From positions 3,425 to 67,424 of the forward strand of contig CANRDN010000002.1 in NCBI GenBank assembly GCA_947629375.1: a stretch of 64,000 nt of DNA. The letters run 5' to 3'. This document shows positions 56,201-64,000 of the stretch, piece by piece. The notes under the pieces are model-generated. The model was not told where the DNA came from. It searched no databases and saw only the letters and a program-made list of their open reading frames with translations. The position numbers were made by a program, and so were the translations under genes. Positions within the stretch are counted from its first letter, which is position 1; each line of letters opens with the position of its first letter. The DNA is from an uncultured Bacilli bacterium. Its GTDB lineage: Bacteria > Bacillota_I > Bacilli_A > RF39 > UBA660.

Positions 56201-58163
56201 TGGAGGATTTGACCCAATCTACTTGATTGCCCAAAGACTTGTAAAGCACTCAAATGACGATGGATATCTAGTAGGATCTCGTGGTTCAGTTGGATCTAGT
56301 CTAGTAGCAAGTATGATGGGAATATCAGAAGTAAACCCACTTCCACCTCACTATAGATGTACAAAATGTAAACTAAGTATCTTCGATGACGAAGAAGGTA
56401 AGGCTCTTGGTGCTACTTATAATTCCGGGTTTGATTTACCTGATAAAGAATGTCCAAACTGCCATATACCAATGTTAAAAGATGGACAAGATATCCCATT
56501 TGCCACTTTCTTAGGATTCAATGCCGATAAAGTTCCTGATATCGATTTAAACTTCAGTGATTTAAACCAAGCATCAGCTCACGAATATACAAAAGTTTTG
56601 TTTGGTGTCGATAATGTCTACCGTGCTGGAACAATCGGTACTGTTGCTGATAAGACAGCATATGGATTCGTTTTAGGGTACTTCGAAGATAAAATAATGG
56701 AGCTTATCGGAGAAATTGCTAAAAGTGTCGGTAAAAGTATTGAAGAGATGTTATCGGTAGATAAAAAGGAAAAACCAAACGATGTCGCTAAAAAATTCTT
56801 ACTTTTACAAGAAAATATTAGAGATAATGTTCCACCGGAAATAGATATGAAATACGATGAAATGGTAAGTAAGATAAAAGCCTATTCTAGTGTTAGAAGT
56901 GCTGAAATAGAGCGTATTTCATTAGGCTGTGTCGGAGTAAAAAGAACGACAGGACAGCATCCAGGTGGAATAGTAGTTGTACCAGATTATATGGATGTAT
57001 CAGATTTTACACCATTCCAGTTCCCAGCAGATGACCCAACAAGTGCTTGGAGAACAACGCACTTTTCGTACCACGCCATCGACCAGTGCTTATTAAAACT
57101 AGATATTTTAGGTCACAGTGATCCAACTCAACTTCGTATGATTCAGGATTTAACGAAGACCGATATCTTAAATGTACCTATGGATGATAAAGAGACGATG
57201 AGTATCTTTAGTAGTACAAAAGCTCTTGGCGTTACAACTGAACAGATATTAAATCAAACAGGAACTCTTGGAATACCAGAATTTGGAACACCATTTACTA
57301 TTTCGATGGTTGAAGACACTAAACCCAAAACTTTTGCCGAACTTGTTAAAATATCTGGATTATCTCACGGTACCGATGTATGGCTTGGTAATGCTCAAGA
57401 ACTTATTAAAAAGAATGTCGTACCATTTAGTGAAGTTATCGGATGTCGTGACGACATTATGGTCTACTTGATATATCACGGACTTCCACCAATTAAAGCA
57501 TTCAAAATAATGGAGTTTGTTCGTAAAGGAAAAGCAAGTAAAGACCCTAAGACTTGGAGTGAACATAAAGAGACAATGGAAAAGGCAGGAATAGAATCTT
57601 GGTTTATCGATTCCTGTGAAAAGATCAAGTATATGTTCCCTAAAGCTCACGCTTGTGCCTATGTAACTAGTGCCTTTAGAATTGCTTGGTACAAAGTTCA
57701 TATGCCGGTATACTTCTATGCTTCTTGGTTAACTTCAAAAGCAACTGATGTCGACGTAATATCAATGATAAACGGTTACAATGCTATAAGAGAAAAAGTA
57801 ATTGAAATAGAAACGAAAGGATACGATGCTACTAACAAAGAAAATGGTCAACACGAAAGTCTTAAGGTAGCGCTTGAAGCAACTGCAAGAGGAATCAATT
57901 TCCTTCCAATAAGTTTGCAAGATAGCAGTGCTACGGTATGGGGAGTAAAAGATGATAAAAATATTTATCCACCATTTTCAGCTATCGATGGACTAGGAGA
58001 TACAGTTGCTAAAGCTATAGTCGAAGAAAGAGATAAAAGACCATTTACAAGTATCGAAGACTTACAAAAAAGAGCTAAGATTTCTCAAACTCTTATCGAT
58101 AAATTAAGAAAGATGAACATCTTAGATGGCCTTGATGAATCAGATCAATTATCATTATTTTAG
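53208..58163 (+). CDS. polC: DNA polymerase III PolC
   Basis: RVELHAHT.MS.MDG (PHP), VVFDTETTG (exonuclease), VGSRGSVGSS, KVPDIDLNF, KRTTGQHPGG; C-terminal clamp-binding QLSLF. Confidence 0.97.
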   Translation: MDEKLRKILNKINLDEAYFELFFNAKLHKTSIDDLENKVTIEIENDGDIGSDMYEELKKKFSSYFDGATIVLRIINNTDISTNFDENYESVINQKYESLPNINAFKEKMEITGNSVNITVVNEREKKDLEIDFKKLQEMLKDLGTKFTYSIIVDDQKRVDIDEKITDESTEIMSKPYVFREASKEQSNNFPRRRKKEVDEKTIFGNLIKEDEAITKIKSIVRENPQVVIEAKIFGTEEFVPQSKAFKILTLKVTDYTDSIICKVFVRDDEVYDNLVKKTSTGTWVKLRGSVKQDEYSNNELVLTVYDIYESDRKDSKMVDNAEVKRVELHAHTMMSQMDGVSKLDLDKHTCELVSNCIDMGYRAVAVTDHSGCQAFPIAFELVTNYNKGLIKKLKGKKEELETKLNEEENADQKKLISDELDEVNKDLANPKKFKVLYGTELTLVDDTVNIVIRPTELDLLNTEYVVFDTETTGFNAAGGDQMIEIGAVKIKNGEITDRFDELIDPHRPIPENITELTHITTEMVQGKDDEETVTKKFLEWSKDAPMVAHNAKFDISFIEMSMRKYNLGEFKNTVIDTLELSRTLDQGYARHSLSALVSRYNVDFDEEGHHRADYDAEGTAKVFHKMVLKLINQNYKKITDLDRLISKDEIHKFGRTFHFNALAINKKGIKNLFKIISLANTVYLYKTPRILRSKLEELREGLLIGSGCYNSEVFLEARSKEGEELTNIINFYDYVEVQPPEVYDHLIQTSDFKDEDELKDHIKKVISATKEAGKIIVATGDVHHFTREDKIYREVIINQKVPGGGRHPLAKKEITDIPSQHFRTTNEMLEDFAFLGKDLAYEIVVENTNKVADMCEEIEVIPDTGGIPFSPRVKSDDGKTYLDCPQVVTDLVFTKAKEWYGENLPYNIEERIAKELYGDIVYNCYSSIVKKENKDISEEEFNKEVFKRVHETVASGFDKVKEEISKYLKDNWKEEDGELTDEALNKKLKKELGGIIGGGFDPIYLIAQRLVKHSNDDGYLVGSRGSVGSSLVASMMGISEVNPLPPHYRCTKCKLSIFDDEEGKALGATYNSGFDLPDKECPNCHIPMLKDGQDIPFATFLGFNADKVPDIDLNFSDLNQASAHEYTKVLFGVDNVYRAGTIGTVADKTAYGFVLGYFEDKIMELIGEIAKSVGKSIEEMLSVDKKEKPNDVAKKFLLLQENIRDNVPPEIDMKYDEMVSKIKAYSSVRSAEIERISLGCVGVKRTTGQHPGGIVVVPDYMDVSDFTPFQFPADDPTSAWRTTHFSYHAIDQCLLKLDILGHSDPTQLRMIQDLTKTDILNVPMDDKETMSIFSSTKALGVTTEQILNQTGTLGIPEFGTPFTISMVEDTKPKTFAELVKISGLSHGTDVWLGNAQELIKKNVVPFSEVIGCRDDIMVYLIYHGLPPIKAFKIMEFVRKGKASKDPKTWSEHKETMEKAGIESWFIDSCEKIKYMFPKAHACAYVTSAFRIAWYKVHMPVYFYASWLTSKATDVDVISMINGYNAIREKVIEIETKGYDATNKENGQHESLKVALEATARGINFLPISLQDSSATVWGVKDDKNIYPPFSAIDGLGDTVAKAIVEERDKRPFTSIEDLQKRAKISQTLIDKLRKMNILDGLDESDQLSLF

Positions 58164-58184
58164 AGAACTTCGGTTCTCTTTTTT
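58163..58184 (+). terminator. Rho-independent terminator with UUCG loop
   Basis: GAGAAC-ttcg-GTTCTC followed by a T run. Confidence 0.8.
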
Positions 58185-58466
58185 ACACTTTTCAAAAAGT
58201 GAAAATATTTTTTACAATTATCCCAAAATTATTACACAATTATATTTTACAATTAAAGTATAAAAGGAGATGATAAGTATAAGTTCTAAAAAGTAGACAA
58301 CTAAATATCATAAAATCATAGCAAAAAGCTATTTCGAAATTTATATTATAAATTATATTTTGCTATAGGCAGAATACAAAACTTTGTAAAATACTTTGAA
58401 AGGAATGTGGTTAATTAGAAAAAAAACAAAAAAAATAAAAGGAGAGATTGCTTATAAGGATTTAGG

Positions 58467-58496
58467 GAAAACTGGTTAAATACCGGTTTTCTTTTT
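58467..58496 (+). terminator. Rho-independent terminator upstream of the dnaG promoter
   Basis: GAAAACTGGT-taaat-ACCGGTTTTC followed by TTTTT. Confidence 0.65.
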
Positions 58497-58497
58497 A

Positions 58498-58525
58498 TTG
58501 AAAAAATATCAAATTGAAGTATAAT
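58498..58525 (+). promoter_or_regulatory. sigma-A promoter of dnaG-sigA-trmK
   Basis: TTGAAA, 16 bp, TATAAT; RBS AAGGAGG. Confidence 0.6.
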
Positions 58526-58546
58526 ATTTGTGTATAAGGAGGAGCT

Positions 58547-60277
58547 ATGAATAATCAGAATACTATTAATGAAATTAGAAGTAAAATTAATATTATCGAT
58601 TTAATAAGTGAATATGTTCCTCTAACGAAAAAAGGGCAATATTACTGGGGAATATGTCCTTTTCATAACGATAAAAATCCCTCTATGAGTGTCGATGAAA
58701 AAAAACAGACTTATACTTGTTGGAGTTGTCACAACAGTGGAAATGTTTTTAACTTTTATGAACAAATCGAAAATATTACTTTCCCGGAAGCCCTAAAAAG
58801 ACTTGGGGATAGAGTAGGAATTACTCTAGATGGTTATAAGAGTAGTTTTAATACTAAATACAATAAGTATTATGAAATATATGATTTAACTCAAAAATAT
58901 TATCAATTAATGTTAAATACAGACAAGGGACAAGCAGCAAGAGAATACTTAAAAAAGCGTGGAATAGACAGTGATACGATAAAAGAATTTGGTATAGGAC
59001 TTGCTTTAGATGAAAAAGATAAATTAGTAGGGTATCTAAAAGAAAAAAAGTACGATATTAATACTTTAAATGATTTAGGTCTTGCCAATAACGACATCGA
59101 TACTTTTATAAATCGCATTATTTTTCCACTAGATGATCGAAATGGAAGAGTAGTAGGTTTTTCCGGAAGAATATACGATAACTCTAAAATGAGTAAATAT
59201 ATGAATACCAAAGAGACAGCAATCTTCAAAAAAGGAATGTGTCTATATCATTACAATGCTTCAAAGGATGCGGTTAGACTTAGTAAATATGTAATTGTAA
59301 TGGAAGGATTTATGGATGTTATAAGAGCATCCACTATCGGAATAAAAAATACAGTCGCTCTTATGGGAACAGCATTAACCGATGAACAAATTTCTCTTAT
59401 AAAAAAGCTTTCCTTAAATGTTTACTTGTGTCTAGATGGTGATAATCCAGGACAAGATGCAGATTTACATAATGGTGAACTTCTTGAAAAAGCTGGATTA
59501 AATGTTAAAGTAGTATGCCTAACAGATGATGAAGATCCAGATTCTTACATCTTAAAAAATGGCGAGAAAAAATTTAAAGACTTAGTCGAAAATGCTAAAA
59601 ACTATAGTGATTTTAAGATAGATAAATTAAAGTCAAATGTTAATTTTGAAAGTGATGTAGAGCTTTCTAATTATGTAAATAAAGTAATTAAAGAAGTTTC
59701 TACAATTAAAGATGAAATAAGATGCGAAATAATCCTTAAAAAACTTGCAAAAGAAACAAATTTGAGTTATAATACACTAGAAAAAAAATTAAATGAGTAC
59801 AAGAGCCTTGATGAAGAAGGAAAGAAAAAAGTTGACAATAATCTAATTGAGAGAAAAGATGTAAAGAAAGATAAATATCAAAGAGCATCCATAGAATTTA
59901 TCTATTATATGCTGGTTAATCCAAAAGCGATAAAAGTATATGATAGTAAAAAACTTTATTTTATCGATTCTGCTACAAGAAACTTAGCTGCTGAAATTAG
60001 TTATTACTACCATCAATATGGTAAAATTGAGATTGCAGACTTTTATACTTATTTAAATGATAAGAAAGAATTGTTGGATGTTTTTAGTGAAGTTCAAAGT
60101 CTTAACTTAGATGAAGACATTAATGATGTTACCCTAATGGAATATGCCAAGGTAATAAGTGATTACAATATGAGACAAGAAATAAAGCGTCTTGAAGAGA
60201 AAATGAGGAAAGAACCATTAGAGGAAGAAAAAATTAAGATTTTGGAAAGCATTAGAAAACTGAGAATAGGGGAGTGA
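58547..60277 (+). CDS. dnaG: DNA primase
   Basis: CPFH.DK.PS...C.SC zinc finger, [19 protein letters not shown] (TOPRIM). Confidence 0.96.
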   Translation: MNNQNTINEIRSKINIIDLISEYVPLTKKGQYYWGICPFHNDKNPSMSVDEKKQTYTCWSCHNSGNVFNFYEQIENITFPEALKRLGDRVGITLDGYKSSFNTKYNKYYEIYDLTQKYYQLMLNTDKGQAAREYLKKRGIDSDTIKEFGIGLALDEKDKLVGYLKEKKYDINTLNDLGLANNDIDTFINRIIFPLDDRNGRVVGFSGRIYDNSKMSKYMNTKETAIFKKGMCLYHYNASKDAVRLSKYVIVMEGFMDVIRASTIGIKNTVALMGTALTDEQISLIKKLSLNVYLCLDGDNPGQDADLHNGELLEKAGLNVKVVCLTDDEDPDSYILKNGEKKFKDLVENAKNYSDFKIDKLKSNVNFESDVELSNYVNKVIKEVSTIKDEIRCEIILKKLAKETNLSYNTLEKKLNEYKSLDEEGKKKVDNNLIERKDVKKDKYQRASIEFIYYMLVNPKAIKVYDSKKLYFIDSATRNLAAEISYYYHQYGKIEIADFYTYLNDKKELLDVFSEVQSLNLDEDINDVTLMEYAKVISDYNMRQEIKRLEEKMRKEPLEEEKIKILESIRKLRIGE

Positions 60278-60281
60278 ATTT

Positions 60282-61370
60282 ATGATTGGTGAAATAAAAA
60301 CTATCGAAGAAAGAAAGAAAACACTTGTTGAAAAAGGAAAGAAACAAGGTTACATCACATACGAACAACTAGTTGAAGAACTAAAAGGCCTTGATGTAGA
60401 TAGTGATACACTAGATGATTTATATAATACACTTGTAGAAAACAATATCGAAGTAATAAGTGAAACTGCAGATAATGGAACAGATGATGAAGATCCATCT
60501 GGCTTAATCGTAGAAGATTTAACGATGTCTAAGGACATTAAAATAAATGACCCAGTTAGAATGTACTTAAAGGAAATAGGTAGAATAAACCTACTAACTA
60601 CTGATGAAGAATTTGAATATGCTAAACTTGCTGAGCAAGGAGACGAATATGCTAAAAAGATGCTTGCTGAGTCTAACCTAAGACTTGTAGTAAGTATTGC
60701 TAAAAGATATGTAGGTCGTGGAATGTTATTCCTTGATTTAATTCAAGAAGGAAACATCGGACTTATGAAAGCAGTAGATAAGTTTGACCCATCAAAAGGA
60801 TATAAATTCTCAACATATGCAACTTGGTGGATTAGACAAGCTATCACAAGAGCTATCGCTGACCAAGCAAGAACAATAAGAGTACCAGTTCATATGGTTG
60901 AAACAATCAATAAACTAGCTCGTGTTCAAAGACAATTAACTCAAGAATTAAATAGAGAACCAACAGAAGAAGAACTCGCTAAAAAGTTAGGAGTTACTGT
61001 CGATAAGGTTCGTGAAGTATACAAAATATCACAAGATCCAGTATCTTTAGAAACACCAATCGGTGAAGAAGATGACTCTCACTTAGGCGACTTTATAAAA
61101 GATGAAAGAACAATGTCACCTGAAGAATATGCAACTGTCGAAATGTTAAAAGAAGAACTTGCTAATGTTTTGTTAACTTTAACTGATAGAGAAGAAAAAG
61201 TATTGAGACTTAGATTTGGACTTGACGATGGACAATGTAGAACACTTGAAGAAGTTGGACAAATCTTTGGAGTAACTCGTGAAAGAATTCGTCAAATAGA
61301 AGCTAAAGCTTTAAGAAAATTAAGACATCCATCTCGTTCAAGAAAATTAAAGGATTTCTTAATTGATTAA
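60282..61370 (+). CDS. sigA: RNA polymerase primary sigma factor
   Basis: [53 protein letters not shown]. Confidence 0.98.
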   Translation: MIGEIKTIEERKKTLVEKGKKQGYITYEQLVEELKGLDVDSDTLDDLYNTLVENNIEVISETADNGTDDEDPSGLIVEDLTMSKDIKINDPVRMYLKEIGRINLLTTDEEFEYAKLAEQGDEYAKKMLAESNLRLVVSIAKRYVGRGMLFLDLIQEGNIGLMKAVDKFDPSKGYKFSTYATWWIRQAITRAIADQARTIRVPVHMVETINKLARVQRQLTQELNREPTEEELAKKLGVTVDKVREVYKISQDPVSLETPIGEEDDSHLGDFIKDERTMSPEEYATVEMLKEELANVLLTLTDREEKVLRLRFGLDDGQCRTLEEVGQIFGVTRERIRQIEAKALRKLRHPSRSRKLKDFLID

Positions 61371-62031
61371 ACTAAGTAAAAGATTGACAACAGTTGCTTC
61401 CTTCGTTTTAAAAGAAGAGAAAGTAACCCTTATAGATGTTGGGTGTGACCACGCACTACTTGATATTTATTTACTTCAAAATAATGATAAATTAAAGATA
61501 GTCGCATCGGATAATAAAGAAGCACCACTAGAGAATGCTAAAAAGAATATTATTAAATATTCTTTTTTAAATAAGATAGAAATTTGTCTTAAAGATGGTA
61601 TAAAAAATATTGACGAAAATATCGATACTGTAGTAATTGCCGGTATGGGAGCAGAAACGATAATAAGTATCTTAGAAGAAGGACATAACGAATTAAAAAA
61701 TATTAAAAGACTTATAATATCTTCAAATAATAAATATGGTTTAATAAGAAAAGAAATAAATAAAATGGGGTATGCCATAAATGATGAAAAAATTGTCTAT
61801 GAAGATAATAAGTTCTATGTCGTAATGGAGTTTGTTAAGAAAAGACAAAAGTACAGTAAAAAAGAACTTTATTTTGGTCCAATCCTTCTAAAGAATAAAG
61901 ATGATGACTTTTATAGATATTATCACTTTATAAAATCAGAATTAGAAGAAGTATTAAATAAACTTCCTGAAAATCATTTAAAAAGAAATAAAATAGTTAA
62001 AGAATTAGAATTATTAAACGAAGAGTGTTAA
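61363..62031 (+). CDS. trmK: tRNA (adenine-22-N1)-methyltransferase
   Basis: [22 protein letters not shown]; conserved position after sigA. Confidence 0.9.
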   Translation: MIKLSKRLTTVASFVLKEEKVTLIDVGCDHALLDIYLLQNNDKLKIVASDNKEAPLENAKKNIIKYSFLNKIEICLKDGIKNIDENIDTVVIAGMGAETIISILEEGHNELKNIKRLIISSNNKYGLIRKEINKMGYAINDEKIVYEDNKFYVVMEFVKKRQKYSKKELYFGPILLKNKDDDFYRYYHFIKSELEEVLNKLPENHLKRNKIVKELELLNEEC

Positions 62032-62093
62032 TAATTCTTTTTTTGTATAAACTAAAAAAATGTACATATATTTTAATAGGAAGGAATGATAAA

Positions 62094-63020
62094 ATGAATG
62101 AAATAGTATCTTTTTCAAAAGAAATAGAATTTAAAACTATGCTTAATAAAATTACTTCAATTTCTTTAGAACATACTTTAAGACCAGATGAGGATTCTAC
62201 TGTTAAGGGTGATTTAATTGTCGCAGGAACTTATAAACAGACGATGGCAAGCCAGATAGAGAATCCATTCTCATACAAAATACCTGTCGATATTGTCGTA
62301 GATGAAAAATATGATTTAACTAATTTGGTAATCGATATTGATGATTTTACTTATGAAGTGTTAGAAGATAACAAATTAAAAGTAAATATTGATTTAATAC
62401 TAGATAATCTTGAACTTAAAAAAGAAGAGGACAAAAGCGATGATGACTTAATCGATATCAATGACTTATTTTTAGAAAGTGATACAGCTAAAAAGTTAGA
62501 AGTACCAAAAAGTGATGTGGAAACTTTAGAGTTTGATGAAGAATTAAATCCTTCTAAAACTTTGGAAGAAACACCCATTGATGAAGAACTAAGAAGTGAT
62601 GAAGATTTCTCTAATTTAGAAGAAAAAGAAGAGCAAGAAACCTGTGATAAGAAAGATGATTCCTTTGAAAAAAGAGAATTAAATAACAATGAACAATCTA
62701 ATAATACTTGTGATGAAGAAAATAAAAACTTCTTTGAGGAAGTTGAATCTATTAAAAAAGAACAAAATAGTAACACTTATGAAGAAGAAAACACTTGTGA
62801 AGAGGAATCTTTAGAAGAATCTCAAAGTGAATCTTTATTTTCTAACTTATCAACTAAGGAAACTTACACAGCTTATAGAATTTACATTATGAGAGAAAAT
62901 GATAACCTTGAAGAAGTAATGAGTAAATACAAAGTATCTAGAGAAAAACTAGAAGAATACAATAACTTAAATGAAGTAAAAGTAGGAACTAAACTTATAA
63001 TTCCAGCAACTAATGAATAG
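62094..63020 (+). CDS. SpoVID-like protein with C-terminal LysM domain
   Basis: SpoVID-N-like region (ISLE, GDLIVAGTY, IPVDI, IDDFTYE), acidic linker, LysM (YIMRENDNL..V..KY.VS...L..YN......G.KLIIP). ATG at 62094 after GGAAGGA. Confidence 0.7.
   Translation: MNEIVSFSKEIEFKTMLNKITSISLEHTLRPDEDSTVKGDLIVAGTYKQTMASQIENPFSYKIPVDIVVDEKYDLTNLVIDIDDFTYEVLEDNKLKVNIDLILDNLELKKEEDKSDDDLIDINDLFLESDTAKKLEVPKSDVETLEFDEELNPSKTLEETPIDEELRSDEDFSNLEEKEEQETCDKKDDSFEKRELNNNEQSNNTCDEENKNFFEEVESIKKEQNSNTYEEENTCEEESLEESQSESLFSNLSTKETYTAYRIYIMRENDNLEEVMSKYKVSREKLEEYNNLNEVKVGTKLIIPATNE
62631..62804 (+). repeat. Imperfect acidic coding repeats in the SpoVID-like linker
   Basis: EQETCDKK / EQSNNTCDEEN / EQNSNTYEEENTCEE. 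Confidence 0.4.
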
Positions 63021-63852
63021 AATAGAAAAAATAGATAACTTAAAAATTATTACAAAGGATGATAAACGATACTGCATCAAAAAATGTAAACAAAATAATA
63101 TACTTGATAAATATAATTATTTAAAGACTAAAGACTTTCATAACTTCATCGACACTAAAATTGTAAATGGTTATGAAATAAGAAGTTATCTTGAAGACAC
63201 CCCTTTATCTTACTCTGATAAACTAAATGAACTTATATATTTAGTAAGCTTACTTCATATAAAAACAACTCATTATAAAAATATGTCTTTAGCTCAAATA
63301 AAAGAAATATATGAAAAAAGTACTGAAGAAATAATAAATACTAAAAAATATTACGAAAAACTCTGTGAAGATAATGATGCCTACATCTTTTTAAAACCCA
63401 GCTTAAATCTTCTCATTAATAATATCTCAGTAATACTAGTATCCCTTGATAACTCCAAGTACTTTTTAGATAAATGGTATAACATAATGAAAGAGAAAAA
63501 AAGAAAAAGAGTAGTTATGAACCACAATAATTTGAAAATATCTAACTTAATAATCAATAACTGTAACTATCTAATTAACTGGGATAACTCGATAATTAAT
63601 TCTCCAGTTTATGATCTTTTATCCTTATTTAAAAATAACTATATAGAACTTGATATGACCGATATATACGATATTTACAGATCAAAATATAATCTCTATG
63701 AAGAGGAAAAATACTTCCTATACTTTAAACTTTTAAATATAAATAAATTAGAACTTGATAAAAGTGAAATACTTAATACAAGAGAAGTAAATAATTTATT
63801 GTACTACTTAAATAAAGTGAATGAATTTTTAAATAACAACATTAAAAATTAG
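63013..63852 (+). CDS. YsxE/CotS-like spore-coat kinase-fold protein (probably inactive)
   Basis: LH.KT, VMNHNNLKISNL, LINWD, PVYDL; overlaps the spoVID-like gene, matching the Bacillus spoVID-ysxE arrangement. Confidence 0.65.
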   Translation: MNRIEKIDNLKIITKDDKRYCIKKCKQNNILDKYNYLKTKDFHNFIDTKIVNGYEIRSYLEDTPLSYSDKLNELIYLVSLLHIKTTHYKNMSLAQIKEIYEKSTEEIINTKKYYEKLCEDNDAYIFLKPSLNLLINNISVILVSLDNSKYFLDKWYNIMKEKKRKRVVMNHNNLKISNLIINNCNYLINWDNSIINSPVYDLLSLFKNNYIELDMTDIYDIYRSKYNLYEEEKYFLYFKLLNINKLELDKSEILNTREVNNLLYYLNKVNEFLNNNIKN

Positions 63853-64000
63853 AAAAGTAAATGCTAAAAGTTCCATAAAAAGAATAATAGCATTTGTTTT
63901 TGTTGTTATAAAGATAAGAAGTAAAGACTGATAAAAAATAATAATAAAAAGAAAGAGAATGAGTAATAAATATAAAATACTTCTTCTTTTTTTAGCTTTG
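63829..64000 (-). CDS. 3' end of a membrane protein running in from beyond the window
   Basis: Open frame KAKKRRSILYLLLILFLFIIIF...FNVVI-stop on the minus strand; two hydrophobic segments. Confidence 0.4.
   Translation of the reverse strand, partial: KAKKRRSILYLLLILFLFIIIFYQSLLLIFITTKTNAIILFMELLAFTFLIFNVVI

Noticed and set aside
53208-58163. Inteins in PolC
   Set aside because: The insertions are short and lack the C/S start, His-Asn end and Hint motifs.
1257-62776. Many short antisense or alternate-frame ORFs in the track (e.g. 9765-10025, 39441-39779, 41430-41957, 62351-62776)
   Set aside because: They are shadows of well-supported genes, with no RBS or motifs and compositions that mirror the sense strand.
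1-64000. CRISPR array, rRNA, IS elements or prophage
   Set aside because: No regularly spaced repeats, rRNA-like sequence, transposase or phage structural genes were recognised.

Overview
AT-rich, standard-code chromosomal segment of a low-GC Firmicute. It carries both PolC and DnaE, ftsA-ftsZ, sepF-divIVA and a spoVID-ysxE-like pair; an RF39-type gut Bacilli lineage is my inference and is not provable from the window. Layout: (1) 1-3.3 kb, the distal end of a Tad/Flp pilus locus. (2) 3.3-16.7 kb, a type IV secretion-like machine (VirB2-like pilin, VirB6, VirB3/PrgI, split VirB4, a SpoIID-type plus NlpC/P60-type wall hydrolase separated by a +1 frame break, VirD4, a degenerate SNase). No relaxase or integrase is visible, and virD4 appears co-transcribed with the replication gene holA. 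(3) tRNA-Cys followed by an islet of orphan genes and a candidate sRNA. (4) A C39-ABC transporter with two double-glycine peptides and a putative immunity ORF; two of these small ORFs are missing from the ORF track. (5) An 8-gene EAL-VTC-DUF4956-CotH-GH-HEAT-GT2-GH polysaccharide/phosphate operon. (6) 38-64 kb, housekeeping genes (ftsA, ftsZ, ftsK, deoD, M16 pair, orphan HerA, sepF, divIVA, rpmB, dnaE, polC, dnaG, sigA, trmK, spoVID/ysxE-like). The best candidates for undescribed systems are the domesticated Tad+T4SS apparatus and the VTC-DUF4956-CotH module coupled to exopolysaccharide synthesis. All family calls come from motif recognition by eye; no searches were run.
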